From Bugula neritina (lineage: Eukaryota; Animalia; Bryozoa): a stretch of DNA of 64,000 nt. Where the stretch lies: NCBI GenBank assembly GCA_964035545.1, contig OZ037770.1, forward strand, positions 6,892,729 through 6,956,728, given 5' to 3'. Made by a program: the position numbers and the translations under genes. Within the stretch, counting starts at the first letter, position 1. The number at the start of each line of letters is the position of its first letter. The notes below the pieces were generated by a model that saw only the letters and a list, made by a program, of their open reading frames with translations, did not search any database and was not told the DNA's origin. Positions 1 to 17,491 of this stretch are shown piece after piece.

Positions 1-215
1 TTTTAACTAATATTTATTTATAGCAATAGAGATTTTATCAGCTGAATACTTGATGAACAATAGTGTTATATTATTATGAAACACACGCTGAGTAGAAAGT
101 AGCTGAAACCCTAGGATATAGGACAGAGGTACTCATGTAGAGTATTAAAAGTTAAAAATCAGTGTCTTAAGCTTATGATGTTTATTATAAAAACATAACA
201 ACACAAATAGACATA

Positions 216-430
216 GAGCAGCCGTGGTCTGGGGTCAGAGCGTTTGCCTAGTAAACACGGAGTTATGGGTTCATAGAATCCCAGTAAAGGCCATTGGTAA
301 CGTTATGAAGAGCATCCAGTCATAACTGCTCCTGTGCCCTATCTGAATAAGTCCTTAGACCGATTTAACTGAAACCCTCTCCATCAGGGGTTTCTCACAG
401 AGATGGGGCGACTATGACTTCCCATGAGTA
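216..430 (+). mobile_element. tRNA-derived SINE, copy 1 (near full length)
   Basis: Starts GAGCAGCCGTGGTCTGGGGTCAGAGCG (A-box-like) with B-box-like GGTTCATAGAATCC; body CCATTGGTAACGTTATGAAGAGCATCCAGTCATAACTGCTCCTGTGCC...GGCGACTATGA recurs at about 5451, 53659 and (inverted) 60501. Confidence 0.75.
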
Positions 431-585
431 TAACAATAAAAATAAACAGCAAGCCTCTCCCAGGTTCACTAATACAGGTTGAGTAAGTTTAAAATAATAA
501 AACTCTGAACTTTAGATTCCAAAACTATCGGTGGACACAGAAGTTCACCTCTTCCTTGCATCAACTCCGCACCCATTTATCTCAC

Positions 586-733
586 CTTCAAAGAATTGCT
601 TCACTGGTAGAAATCCCTGCACTTGCTCCATGGGGGTAGAGTCTCCCCAGCCGAAGGGTTTAAGGTGGCTAAGTGGGTCATCAGCAGCCACATAGGTGAG
701 ACAGCAGATTACAGTAACTACTTTACTCAGCAT
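586..733 (-). CDS. First coding exon of a secreted protein, probably JmjC/cupin-like (gene continues left of the window)
   Basis: ATG at 733 reads MLSKVVTVICCLTYVAADDPLSHLKPFGWGDSTPMEQVQGFLPVKQFFE, then a phase-1 donor GTGAG at 585. Hydrophobic signal peptide (AA-DD cleavage). HLKPFG...GF.P..FFE resembles, from memory, the N-terminus of invertebrate secreted JmjC (Cupin_8) proteins. Confidence 0.55.
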
Positions 734-1188
734 AGCGAGACTGTGAATTGTTCTGGGAGGAGAAAAAGGAAGCAACCAACACCACGTACTGTGCGGTACT
801 GAATATCTCAACCAAAAATAGGATCTTTATGTGGTTACAGCATATCCTCAATCACCAGGGTCTAACACGTAATGCATGGATGATTCCGGCAACCTTACAA
901 ACACAATATAAAAGGTTTAAGTGGTAGTTTCACTCATTAATCAAGTTGACATGATCTGGAAAAGGTAAAAAACTAATTAATTATTAGAGGTTGTTACACA
1001 GATACATTTTCCATGTCATATCAGAGGTTCTGGAAACAGCTATAAAATATCTTACATTATCTTATTTCAACAATAAAGGGAGAAGTTCTGTGCTAGAAAT
1101 TTAGGGGATAATACACTAAAGCATGGACATTTACTGTTAGTATAGACCTCATGTCACTTCATCTAATAATACACTCTAGATGAAGTCA

Positions 1189-1504
1189 ATAGTCTGCAGG
1201 TTACACTCACTAGTCTGCAGGTTACACTCACTATTCTGCAGGTTACACTCACTGATCTGCAGGTTACACTCAATAGTCTGCAGGTTACACTCAATAGTCT
1301 GCAGGTTACACTCACTAGTCTGCAGGTTACACTCAATAGTCTGCAGGTTACACTCAATAGTCTGCAGGTTACACTCACTAGTCTGCAAGTTACACTCACT
1401 AGTCTGCAGGTTACACTCACTAGTCTGCAGGTTACACTCACTGATCTGCAGGTTACACTCAATAGTCTGCAGGTTACACTCACTAGTCTACAGGTTACAC
1501 TCAC
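1189..1504. repeat. 21-bp minisatellite, about 15 copies
   Basis: Unit (A/C)TAGTCTGCAGGTTACACTCA repeated head-to-tail with no spacers; explains the repetitive ORFs at 1163-1551. Confidence 0.95.
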
Positions 1505-3719
1505 AGAGTGTGTTGCGAGTGATCATACTTGAAACACACTGTAGCCTGTGATCATACGTATTCTGTTAGCTGCAGAGATAAAGATTCTTTCTTAGCCTAG
1601 AATAATAATTTTGAGTTTGGTCTGTCTTAGAATTTAGACTATAATAATGCAAATAAGTCAGAAATGCATATGAATGTCAAAACAATTATCTCTAATAAGT
1701 ATGTTAATTTTACGAGTTAAAGAACAAAGAATATGTTTTTAGAAAAAGTACCAAAACATTGAAAACTAAATACGTGATAAATTCATGCATAATGAACAAT
1801 ATATACGGCATTAGAGATTAAACACTAGATCCTAATCCAGGCTGCAGATGGCACTTGTCAAGAAAAGTGTTGCAGATAGCATCAATTATTCATGTTACAA
1901 TATTGTGCATACTATCAAATTCCAATTAAATTATAAATTGCCGTATAAAACAACAAAAACGCTAACTTCAGATGGATACAATATAACAGCGTCATAAGCC
2001 TGATAAATAGTTTTATCTTCCACTGCAATGCATTGTTTTGTCCAGTCATCTCTACCTTTCCAATGTCACGTAAACAGAGTATATTTATTGAAACACTTTT
2101 AGTGTAAAACTCCTTTAATGATCTGATTACTGGTTAGAAATAAACGAGCTTTGCATGTATAATATGAACTGAAATAATGTGTCTCTCTAATAAGCGTAAG
2201 GCTACACAACTTGAATTTTCTGAGTGCAGAAATTTATTAGTATAATAATATTTTCGTTGAACATTACTGCTTGCTCTACAGCAAGAAGATTACTTTGAAT
2301 AATATAATCTAAAACATTTTAATTATTGAAGAAAGTTTTATGCAGGTCCCAAGAAATTGAAACCATCAATTGAAAACTTAAAAAGTGTGCTCGCTAATAG
2401 CAACTAGCGAAGATCACATTCGTAAAGTTTTTCCGAAATGTATGGCCATATGCAAAAAGCCCGTTTAGCAGCAAGGTCAGAAAGCTTGTGCAGATTGACT
2501 GGTTGACATTAGTGAACAAACTTTTTGTGTTTTCACAGATGTTTGAACTTCTATACCCAATGAAATTGATTTTTACCGAATGAAATTAAAACATTTTTCA
2601 CAAGTTTTCGTCTTTCGCTTTTATATAATATTTAAAGTCGTTTTCCTTTGATTTAACCACAAATGCTTTTAGGCAAGCAGTAAAATCTAACTCCAAGATT
2701 ATTAGCTAATAAGATTCCACACCATTCATTCTGTGTGGAAAGTCGATCCCACAACAAATTTTCAATCACTTGGACCTACACACTAAAATTCTGGGTTGCA
2801 TTGACTTACAGGAACTGGCCATTAAGCATTTTATTTGCATGAAATCCGAACACAACGGCTCATTTTTAAGATAGACAAATTTTCCTAGGCAGTCCATTCA
2901 GGAAGTCTGCTTTGTGTGGCCCCATGCTAAGTTTTAAGCATGGATTTTGCAGTGAGTGCTGTTGAAGTAAAGCCTGAATTGCAAGATGTGATGCCTATGC
3001 AACACAAATACATCAAATAATACAAACAAGCAAAAACATGAAGTTTTAGAGTTGAAGTCTTTAAGAGCACGTGCAGATAAGTCATGATAAACATCTCGTG
3101 TATGTCTGTACTTTTTATCGCCCAATAAAAATAATTTTTATAAGTTTTAGCTGTAAATACGTTGAATCATAAAATAAAACACTTAGTTTAGGTCTGCCAC
3201 AGTTAAAGTATAAATGCTTTACGGCTAAAGGAAGGTGAGTGTATTTATTAACTTGCATTTCACTCATCATAAGATTGTAACATAATGATTACAGCCAAAC
3301 ATATTACATAATGCCAATACACATTCTAGTGCAAAAGGAAAGTATAATAAAAAAATTAATAATAATAATGCTGTTATAAAAATACAATAAATATATTATG
3401 TTGAGCAAAAATATCATGTAGTGCTGTACAGAAACTACTAAGGTAAATTTTTGGTCAAAATTATAAAAATAGTCAGACACTTGTTATGTTCCTTACTCAA
3501 ATCTCTTCATGAAAATCATATTTATCCAAATAAAGATGGTTTTTTATTGTGATTTTACAAAGTTACAACTGAAGTTGCTATTAAATTGTGACACCATGGA
3601 AATAATCTCATAAAAATTATGGGCACTTTGCAACCCTATAGCAAAGTCCCTCATTGTTGTGCAACACAGTATGATGAAGGATTATTTAAATACAGATTGC
3701 TATTAGTACTACAATTGAT

Positions 3720-7771
<4,052 letters not shown>

Positions 7772-8958
7772 GGTAGCTGGTCTCAAAGCTTCTCAAGTCA
7801 ACAATTTATTCTTGCTGATAGCAACCCAACATCCAATATGGCTGCCACTGTAACTAGCTATTCATTAATATATTGCAATGCTAAGCACAACTCTTTCTAT
7901 TATGTTGACATCAAGAATAATGTTGGCTAGTAAACACAAGGCCTTACAATCAATTCAGTTATTCATTGTGCATTTTCAATGACCAACGACACAAAATGAA
8001 TGCCTTCTATTGTTGTTCACCCATTAAATCAATATTACCATGCTAGCCTATAAACTGCAATTGACAGCAACATTGAGAATGACAAGTAGCCAATCACAAT
8101 AGGTTTAGCTGCTACTTTTGTTGCTCAAATAAATGTGAATCTATAAATTTAAAACTTCTTGTTCTCATGAATTATATATTTATTATTTACAATAGAGTAT
8201 TGTGTTATTAATTAAGTTAAAGATGCTACAATTTAGAGCTTCTAAAACGAAACTATAAAATAAAAAAAAAGATTTATTAATTCAATAACTACAACTCTAT
8301 ATATATCGTATTAACCTTTAATTGATTTGGTTTTCAGTTTGTATTTTGCAATGTATATTTGTGGAGTACAGAAAGTACTAAAAAGGCTGAGAATATATTG
8401 CCAGGCAACTATGATGCTTCCATGAGATGAAGCTTAGTTGAGAGAAAGGACAACTCCTTATTAGCAAAAACACAAACCTTTTACTTTGATAATATACAGA
8501 TTATATGTATAAAATATGAAAACACTGCACATGCCTGCTGTAAAATACACTTTGTTATGGTTACTGTCACATACACTATGTTATGCATGCTTTAACATGC
8601 GCTGAGCTATAACACAGTGAAGGAGATTTACAATGAGGATAGCAATTGTGCAAGCTCACTAATATTATTGATAGGTCTAAAAATAGTTGCAACACTTCGA
8701 AATGAAAAGAAAAAAAAACAAAGGTAGTTGTAGTAACAGTGATATCAAGAAACTTGTAAATTAAAAAGTTAAATTTCAACCCATACCCAAAACCAAAATT
8801 TATTAGAAAAATTAAAGCGTTGGACCAACACAATTTCTTCACTAACATTTTCCAGTGACATTATTCATGCTTTAGTTTCTGAAGCTGACTGTATACAACA
8901 TAAGTTAACTGATATATGGTAATGTGCACTGTAAGTGTAAGTGTATAAGTCCTACAAA

Positions 8959-9305
8959 CTACCAGTGCATGCTTCCCCCGGCTTTAGTACCAGAGACTGT
9001 TCCTTTATGGCTTGAAACAACTTTATCTTCTATATCGTCAGACTTATCCTTCCGACAGTATTTTGAGCTAAAAATACAAGCAAAAAATCTGAATTTTGTT
9101 TTTTTATTATACATGCAAAATTAGCCCTAGACGACAAGAAATAGTAACATCTATCTGCGTGCTTATTTTCTTAGTATGGGTTTTTATAAGTCATGTAGAA
9201 ATATATACTGCTAGGATTTTTAAAATTCACAATCAAAAATTAAAGAAAATGCAATTGCTTGCTATCAACTAGCAATTGGCTACTGGCAACTATATATTTA
9301 CAGCT

Positions 9306-9385
<80 letters not shown>

Positions 9386-12300
9386 GTATTCTGCATACAT
9401 ACTTTGATAGAGGCACCAGAACTATAAAGAGAAGAATAGCGGCACCAAGTAACGCACAGGCCAAAGCGGCGGGGGCTGCCTTGTTATCCCCAATCACTTT
9501 GGCTATGTAAGATGTAGGATTCTGAACTAAAATGTCTTCACTAAAACCTGTTTCCTCTATAAAAGATGAGAGAGAATAAAAAGACACACACTTTGCACTT
9601 TTACATTATTTTATTAATTAATAACATTCTCTAATGCAAAACATAGCTTAAAGCATGCAACATATACCTCTATATATCTTATTGATAAGCTGTTTTGAAT
9701 AATAAACAATTCGAACTATCTCTGTCCACTTGAGGTAGTCGTAACCTGTATATGTCCTCAAATTAAATATAATTTTTGTGGCCGGATCAGAGCTGTTTTG
9801 TAAATTGTAATCTTCTGAGTTTTCTGCTGCCTTTAATTCTGATATAAAATTTGAAGTAAAGACATAGTCTTTGCTTGTCATATTCCTAAATCAGAAAGTA
9901 AAAGTGTAAAAGACAAATAGCTTCAAGTGATCCATTTCACTGAATAAAAAGTGTCTTCTACAAATATTAATGCTGAAATTTTCACTCAGGGCATTTGCAA
10001 TGTGAATTTTGAGCTAAACAATTATTCAACCGAAATTGAGGGCAATCACAACAACAATAAAATGTCCTATTTGTATCAGCTGGTTGCTATTAAAGCATTT
10101 TAATAACCACAGGTGCTATTAGCTGTAGTGACCTTAGTAACTGGTGGAATTGGTGACAATGAATAAAAGTTGCACACAAGTGCAAGTCAATCGACCATAT
10201 GATATAGGTTTTTGGAAAGCTTATGAGTCTATTAATTTTGAAATATTATTTAACTTAATGTTTTGTGGTAAGAATTAGTATTGATTACTAGGAAAGAATA
10301 TGGAATATTATAGTATGTATGTAAGACTAGACACACCTTTTGTATAAACCACTTTTCCTGTAATATTTTGGGACCAGCTTACAGTTCTGTCTGGTAAAAG
10401 AACAATTTGCCGTTGTGGCATTTGCTATCAGCTGGAAGAGAGTGTCTTTAATCTTTGCATCCTCCTTATACTAAAGCAAAAACAGGTCTGCTACTACTAC
10501 TGCTGCTACTACTGCCACTGCTACAACTACTACTGCTACTGCTACTGCTACTGCTACTGCTACTGCTACTGCTACTGCTACTGCTACTGCTACTACTACT
10601 ACTGCTACTACTACTGCTACTGCCACTGCTACTGCTACTACTGCTACTACTACTGCCACTGCTACTGCTACTACTACTGCTACTACTACTGCTACCACTA
10701 CTACTATTGCTACCGCTACTACTACTACTACTACTACTGCTAGTGCTGCTACTACTGCTAGTGCTGCTGCTACTGCTACCACTACCCCTAGTCACTAGTC
10801 ACTGCTACTACAAGTAAGGAAATGTCCTTTTATAGCTACTAGTACTGTAAGAGCCTACATAGCAGCTACTACAACTCTGCTTACATCTTCAAGCTTAACT
10901 TCCAGAATCAAAGTAACTGAGTTGAGTTCTTCTACTCGATATGCTCGTCCAAACACTACAATCATTACATATAATAAAATAGTATGTTATAACTTACTAA
11001 ACTTGACTCGCTCAATAACATAGTCAGTTTTCAGATAAAATACACATCAAAAGCAGAAGAGAAATATATCTATAAAAAACAGACACAACTATTAGTAGAC
11101 AAATCAATGATGTACGTTTAGTATGTAACATCTACAAAGGTTACAATGCATATATAATGTACTAGAGTTTTCGAGAACCCACCTATTCATAAGTTTTTCT
11201 TGACATAGTGTAAGCCAACCAAATATTAAATATAATATAAGAAACTATAAAAACAGTATATCAAGCCTGTCTACTGAGCATGTGGTCTCTTAGTTCTCTA
11301 TTACAGTCCTTTACTGTTGAATGATGCCCTGCGTAGTGGGTAGCCTTAGGTTGCAAAAGCCGTCACTGATTAGGGTTGAACTTAACTTTTATGTGCCTTG
11401 GAAAGAAGTTATCTAGTCTTGTATTTATTAAGATAGTTTTCTCAAACAAAACAGGAGTGCACAACTTCTGTATCAACCTAATTTTGCTCTGTTTAACAGA
11501 GTGTCAACAAAAAAGTTTGAAAAATAAACATGCTTGTGCCAAATCAGAAATGTTTAAAATTTTTGAACAGATAACTTCCTCAAAGACAGGACCTTTATAT
11601 TATATCATATGTTGTATTTTATTATACTGTATTATATTATATTATAGTATATATATCTGCACGCAAGTATTTATACTTACACTAGGTATATTATATAATG
11701 TGTACATTTCAAGAAAGCAGGTGAATTGCAGGGCTTAGTATTAGTTGTGAAGAGGAAACTATACCAAAGATGAGGCGACTAAGAAAGCAAAGAGTTGACC
11801 AAATACATTGTCTAAAACATCATCTAATAAAAAGAAATATTAGAGTCTCAGCATATAGGTTTTATAAGCTGAAGGTTAAAAGTCACCAACAAAGTAGTAA
11901 CATATAAGTTTCAGGCCTTAGGCAATATACACAAGCTTGTACTTACCAAACTCTACATGAACTAAGTATATAGGGAAAACAAAATAATTAGCTTTGATAT
12001 GTCAAAGTTTTTTTGGTCACAAGTTGTTAGTAGCCCAAGGTCAATAATGTAATGCTATTATGTAAGTAGACTACAAACAGTCCTTTAGTAGAAATGTCAT
12101 CAGACATCATAAATTATATTATATAACTTTCAGGCTCCAGGCATGCAGTTATATACATTCCCTAGTGACTTGGAACAGTTAGCTGTCTACTTCTCAGATA
12201 TGTCAAGGCCTATATATAGCATAGAATGCAACCTACATATAGCATAGAAGGTGCTATCTAGTATATATAGATAGCAACATAGTTTAGAAGATAACATATA

Positions 12301-12778
12301 TAATTATAAGGTAACATATATAGAATATAGAAAGGAGCATATTATAGTATATTTATAGATAGCAACATATAACATAGAACGTAGCATATAGTTTAGAAGG
12401 TGCCATATAGTATAGAATGTAACATATATAGAATACAGAAAGGAGCATATTATAGTATATTTATAGATAGCAACATATAGCATAGAACGTAGCATATAGT
12501 TTAGAAGGTGCCATATAATATAGAATGTAACATATATAGAATATAGAAAGGAGCATATTATAGTATATTTATAGATAGCAACATATAGCATAGAACGTAG
12601 CATATAGTTTAGAAGGTGCCATATAATATAGAATGTAACATATATAGAATATAGAAAGGAGCATATTATAGTATATTTATAGATAGCAACATATAGCATA
12701 GAACGTAGCATATAGTTTAGAAGGTGCCATATAGTATAGAATGTAACATATATAGAATATAGAAGGGAGCATATTATA

Positions 12779-12855
<77 letters not shown>

Positions 12856-13775
12856 TAGTAACATATAGCATAGAATGCAGCATGTAGTTTAGAAGGTACC
12901 ATATAGTATAGAAGGTACTATATATTATAGAATGTAGCATATAGTTTAGAAGGTACCATATAGTTTAGAAGGTACCATGTAGTATAGAATGTAACATATA
13001 TAGAACAGGACAAAGCGGAGATAAGTGAGAGAGGTAAGAATATAGAAAGGAGCATTATACATAGTATAGAAGAAAGCATATAGTAGATAGCATGTAACTG
13101 ACATAGGTATAAAGTTATAAACTTCAATAAACAGAAATGATGACGTCAGTCATTATAAAATGACATATTTCTTTAAAACCATTTTTTTTGTAAGAATTCG
13201 CAAATTTTCAACACATCTAAGAGTATCAAATCAAATTATTTGCTTATGATAACATGCAATGAATAAATACTCAGTCATTGTAAAAGCTTACGTTTAAAAG
13301 TTTGCATGCAATTAGGGAACATAAATAGGTATTTGTGAATATAGGACTATAGGCATATCAATGATGAGATAACTTCAAACTTCTAGTGCTGATCTTATAT
13401 CGGACAGTCTGAATTTTCAAAGCAAAAAAATATATCAACTTTTTATAGAATTTGGAATTCATGCCTTTAAGGAAAGATGAGAGAGAATGCTCAAATATTT
13501 ACATTCCACAATAATCCAAAGCAATCGAAATCACACTGAAACATAGTTTGTATTTTCTTATATAAACAGGAAATGAGTTATATGCTACATGAGGTTGACC
13601 AGTATAATTTTATTATACTAATAATGTCCAATGCATGATTGGCTTAGCTTTTCCGTGACTTTGATGTACTGCAGTCTGCAAGACATTATTCTAACAGACT
13701 CTACACAGTATTATGACATTTACCTGTCAGTAGAATGGTTAGCAGGCAAATCCGACACAGGATAGCAGGTGACAT
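8959..13775 (-). CDS. Uncharacterised type I membrane protein, paralog A (6 exons, about 245 aa)
   Basis: Exons 13724-13775, 10885-10955, 10337-10470, 9668-9885, 9403-9556, 8959-9067, all GT-AG with continuous phase. Signal peptide MSPAILCRICLLTILLTVFG; ectodomain with NCSFTRQNC, RKSGLYKR and GYDYLKWTEIVRIVYYS; TM AALACALLGAAILLFIVLVPL; tail ending GGSMHW-stop. Confidence 0.85.
9309..9381. repeat. (TA)n microsatellite
   Basis: Pure TA run in the last intron of paralog A. Confidence 0.95.
10488..10812. repeat. (CTA/CTG)n trinucleotide microsatellite, intronic
   Basis: Mixed CTA/CTG triplets between exons 2 and 3 of paralog A; source of the poly-Leu, poly-Ser and poly-Val/Ala ORFs. Confidence 0.95.
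12230..13000. repeat. 108-bp minisatellite (4-5 copies, degenerate flanks) interrupted by (TA)n
   Basis: GTAACATATATAGAAT recurs at 12311, 12419, 12527, 12635, 12743 (period 108); the unit is built from roughly 20-bp ATATAG-rich subunits; TA run at 12782-12852. Confidence 0.92.
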
Positions 13776-16700
13776 AATCAGTGCGGGATACCAGACATAC
13801 ACTTCCCTGAAGCAAATAGCATAGAAACAAAATTTCCTTGATAACTATTATTGCTCTAGTATATCTGCTGATGTATTAGCTCTATAGCTACTACTTGATT
13901 TTCAGAGTGATATTGTGTTAGTAGCTGTGAGTAAAAATTCCTAACTAACTTTGGAGAATATTGTAATCCTTACAAGTTATTTTACTGACGATGAAAGGCA
14001 AAATAGGAAAAAACTTGCAAGCTAATAATTGATATTGTCAATGTAGAACGAAAATATTTGTTTTGGAAACTCAATATATAAAATTGTATATTCTAATTCC
14101 TCAAAGATTGCATCAAATGTACCAAATCAGTGAAAGTTAATTGGCTATTACATTAAACTATTTTACTATGTGAAAAAAATAGTTGTATTATTGTGTTCAA
14201 CCCTGAGAAAACAACTGGCTGATTGTTAAAATGAAATATGATATAATAACATTGAGATAGCAGAGCTACTGTACATAAATTGTCTCTTAAATAGTTTACA
14301 TAAAGTTTAAGCCTTGAAACTTCTATTGACCTAAATATTGAAACTTAATCAATAGTTGATTTGAAAGTCAATAATTTATAGCCGACTATTGATTTTCTTC
14401 TGTGTACATTTCTTGTAACTCCACCAGATTCTTTTGAAAGTGATTAGTTGTGAAAATAAAACATTAGCTTGAGTAAAGCTATTTATAATTTTACATCAAG
14501 ACATGCTCTTTGCTTTAGTAAAAAGTACCTGTTTGAGAAAGTCAATGACAACTTGACAAGGTGCTTGCTAGTGTATAATATAATAAGAAGTATAGAGTGC
14601 CAACTATTGCTTGCTAATGCAACACTAGCTATAAAATGACATTTGCATAAGATCAGCAATTGTACATACTTGTAGGAGATGTGAGAAAATTTGTATTACT
14701 CTTAGCAAAGTCATCTTTCCAAAAGCTCTTTTCAATTATGATTATATTAATTGTGAAGTTATAAAACATATTATATTGCATATATACAAATCATATCCAC
14801 TATAGAAGGGTGCGAAGCAATAATCCGTTGAATATATAACTATTATTTCATATGTATATTGTTAGTGTAACTTGTAATAGAGTTGAGCCATATAAGTTTT
14901 AAATATTTTGTTAAATTGATATTTAAAATAATTTTAATTTTAAGAGAAATAAAGATGTACATTTATAAGTCATAAAAAGCAATCAAATATGAGCCGTCTC
15001 ATCTGGCAATGTTACATTATCTTTATATATGACTTACCAAATAATTCAAATATACGTACTGTACTTTACTATATAATGAGTCAGAAAATGTAGATAATAT
15101 ATGTTTATACTGTCATACTGGCTTATACCTTTTTGCAATATATAGTAACTGTGCATACAGGTAACTATTATAAACAGCAGGATAATTTCTCTAGCAACAA
15201 ACAAAGGAAGTGTATCTTGTTGCATTGCATCAAACATTTAGGCACAGTAACACAAGCAATTAAAGGCCCAAGTTTGTTAATTATTTTTATTAACTTTTTG
15301 CTTAGAGCATGATTTATTTTGCTGCATTTTTTAAATCCTGATTACAAGCTTTTTAATTATATCTTTATTACTACAGCCACTTCAAGTCAACCAAGCTTAT
15401 CCCACACTTAAATACCTGAGTAATTCAGTAAGAAACATGTCGGCATACTAAAGTTGAACAAAGTATAAGTTTCCCATCCTACATGCAACGCATACATATA
15501 CCACACTGTGTACACATGAACACCAAAAAAGAGAATAAATGGGTTAAAGATATAAAATAAAAAAAATAACAATTGGCAAATGAGCCACAAATTTTAAGAC
15601 AAGCTTAAAATAAAAATAGTTTGAAGATATGTGGAAACAGGAAAATTGTAGTTACTTAAACACCAGTCACAGGAGAGGGTTGTTATCCTGAATGACTTAT
15701 GTTTAAATTTCTAATAAAAATATTAGAAGAAAATTCAGAAAAACTCACATATCTTAGGAGACATAACATTATTAACTAAGCTGAGCCTTAGACAATACTA
15801 TTATAGAGATGCTAGGCACTGGCCTTTGGCTGCTTTTAAATTTGGTTTGAAATCAGCTATAGCCTCCTTAAACCTTCTGTGCATGGAAAGCTAGGAGCAT
15901 ATGTGTGACATCACCATGCAGACAGAAAGATCAAACTCTCTGTCATCACAGCATGTAGCTGCTAGCTGACACATGTAGAAATTCGCTCTTAAAAGAGCAA
16001 ACGAATTTTTCCACTGTGAGCAAGTGGTTAAACACAGTGGTTAAGAGAAGGTCATTTAATTTCTGTTCATAGACAGTTTCCTCTACCTGGTCAACCACAG
16101 AGTTAATTAAAAAGTAGGTGATTATACCATGCCACTAATTGTTGTGTGATAAAGCAAAAACAAGATTGAATTTGTGCTTCTCTGAGTAATCAATTTCAAT
16201 ACTACAAGTTAAAAGCTCAACGCTGTTTTGTTTAAGGAAGATGCACTATCACAAGCTAATTGTTTCACGTATTCAAGACTTGAAAAAGTACTATTGAGCA
16301 AATTTTGAGTACTAAACCACTATGTGAAAGTTACCTGCCACACACAAAGTGTTGCTAGCAGAAGGGAATTTAGAGTGACCAAGTGCACGTGCCAATTTGG
16401 CGAAACCACCCTGTAAATCATTTCAACTTGAAATCTAACTCACAACTTTCACTGATGGCAATTGATTAAAACAAACTGAAATGCTAAATAGTCATTAGCA
16501 GATTTAAACACTGCCACAAAAACCTTTCGTGGTGTTCATTCAGCAGTTTGCTGTCAGCTTCAAAGCAGGTCAATGTTTTACTTGAGCAAAGTTGTTGTGG
16601 CTGGTATGCTTGATGAATGTCTACCATATAAAATTGCTATAATGAGACTAGCCCCAATCTCATCTTCCAAATTAAAAGATAAATAATAGCAAACTTATGG

Positions 16701-16832
16701 GGAATTAGTTCCACATAGCACTACACTAACGGCCTCTCACTAGAGAAATTGCTGCTGATTAGGTAATTTGTTGGTAAAAGAGAGCAAAGGATAGCAAATA
16801 ATCAAAAGCTACATGTACACAATCATGGAGTT

Positions 16833-17027
16833 TGTAACAATGTGGATTGCGTGTAAAGGGAGAGTAAAAGTTTATTCTGCACTGCTTGCACTCGCTATAA
16901 CAACTGACTGCTTTACAATCAAGCACATAATAATATTGCACTCAAAACCATGACTAATAAAATAAGTACATTAACCTTTCACACATAATTGGTAAAACAG
17001 ATGTGGACACTTAGCCAGGATACAACA
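16833..17027 (-). repeat. 3' LTR
   Basis: Identical to 21433-21627 except one base (TGTGGATT vs TGTTGATT); polypurine tract AGAAAGAAAGGGT lies immediately inside at 17028-17040 (minus). Confidence 0.97.
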
Positions 17028-17491
17028 ACCCTTTCTTTCTTGAAAAAGCTTTAATACTAGCATAATAAAAATTTATAACAATTCAACAAACTTCAGGTAA
17101 ACCAAAAACATAATACCATAAAATTAATACTGAAATAAACTAAGTAAAGCCAAATTACAGTGAACCTTGAAAAGCTATAGTTTACATAAAATGCATAATA
17201 TCAAACTAAAGCAACTAAACTAAGTACAGTGAGCAGTGTGAAATGAGCTGAGGGCAAACCTGCAATGAAGGACATACAGAGCCACCACCGAATCCCACAG
17301 CCACAACACACAGCCCCAGCAAGACACGCCAACCAACTACTAGCAAGTATCAGACTGGTCCAGATTACACAAGTCTCGAACCAACACAAACACTAAGTAA
17401 ACCAGTCAAGTCACTCTGTAAATTGCAATATGAACTCTACAAACTAATGAGACTAACAACTAATAAACTAATCTACCAAGCAATAAAGAAT

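Noticed and set aside
216-290. Functional tRNA gene
   Set aside because: No complete cloverleaf or T-run terminator; continues into a repeated SINE body.
1163-1551. Heptad-repeat ORFs on both strands; CRISPR-like periodicity
   Set aside because: Direct 21-bp tandem repeat with no unique spacers and no cas genes; ORFs are open only because the unit is a stop-free multiple of 3.
10455-10817. Poly-Ser (mucin-like), poly-Leu and poly-Val/Ala ORFs
   Set aside because: Lies in intron 2 of paralog A; the flanking exons join in phase and match paralog B without it.
11764-11823. Alternative signal-peptide exon for paralog A (QCIWSTLCFLSRLIF)
   Set aside because: No in-frame ATG (ATG ATG TTT TAG); exon 13724-13775 is in phase and homologous to the first exon of paralog B.
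12304-12940. 186-aa repetitive ORF
   Set aside because: Translation of the 108-bp minisatellite and TA run.
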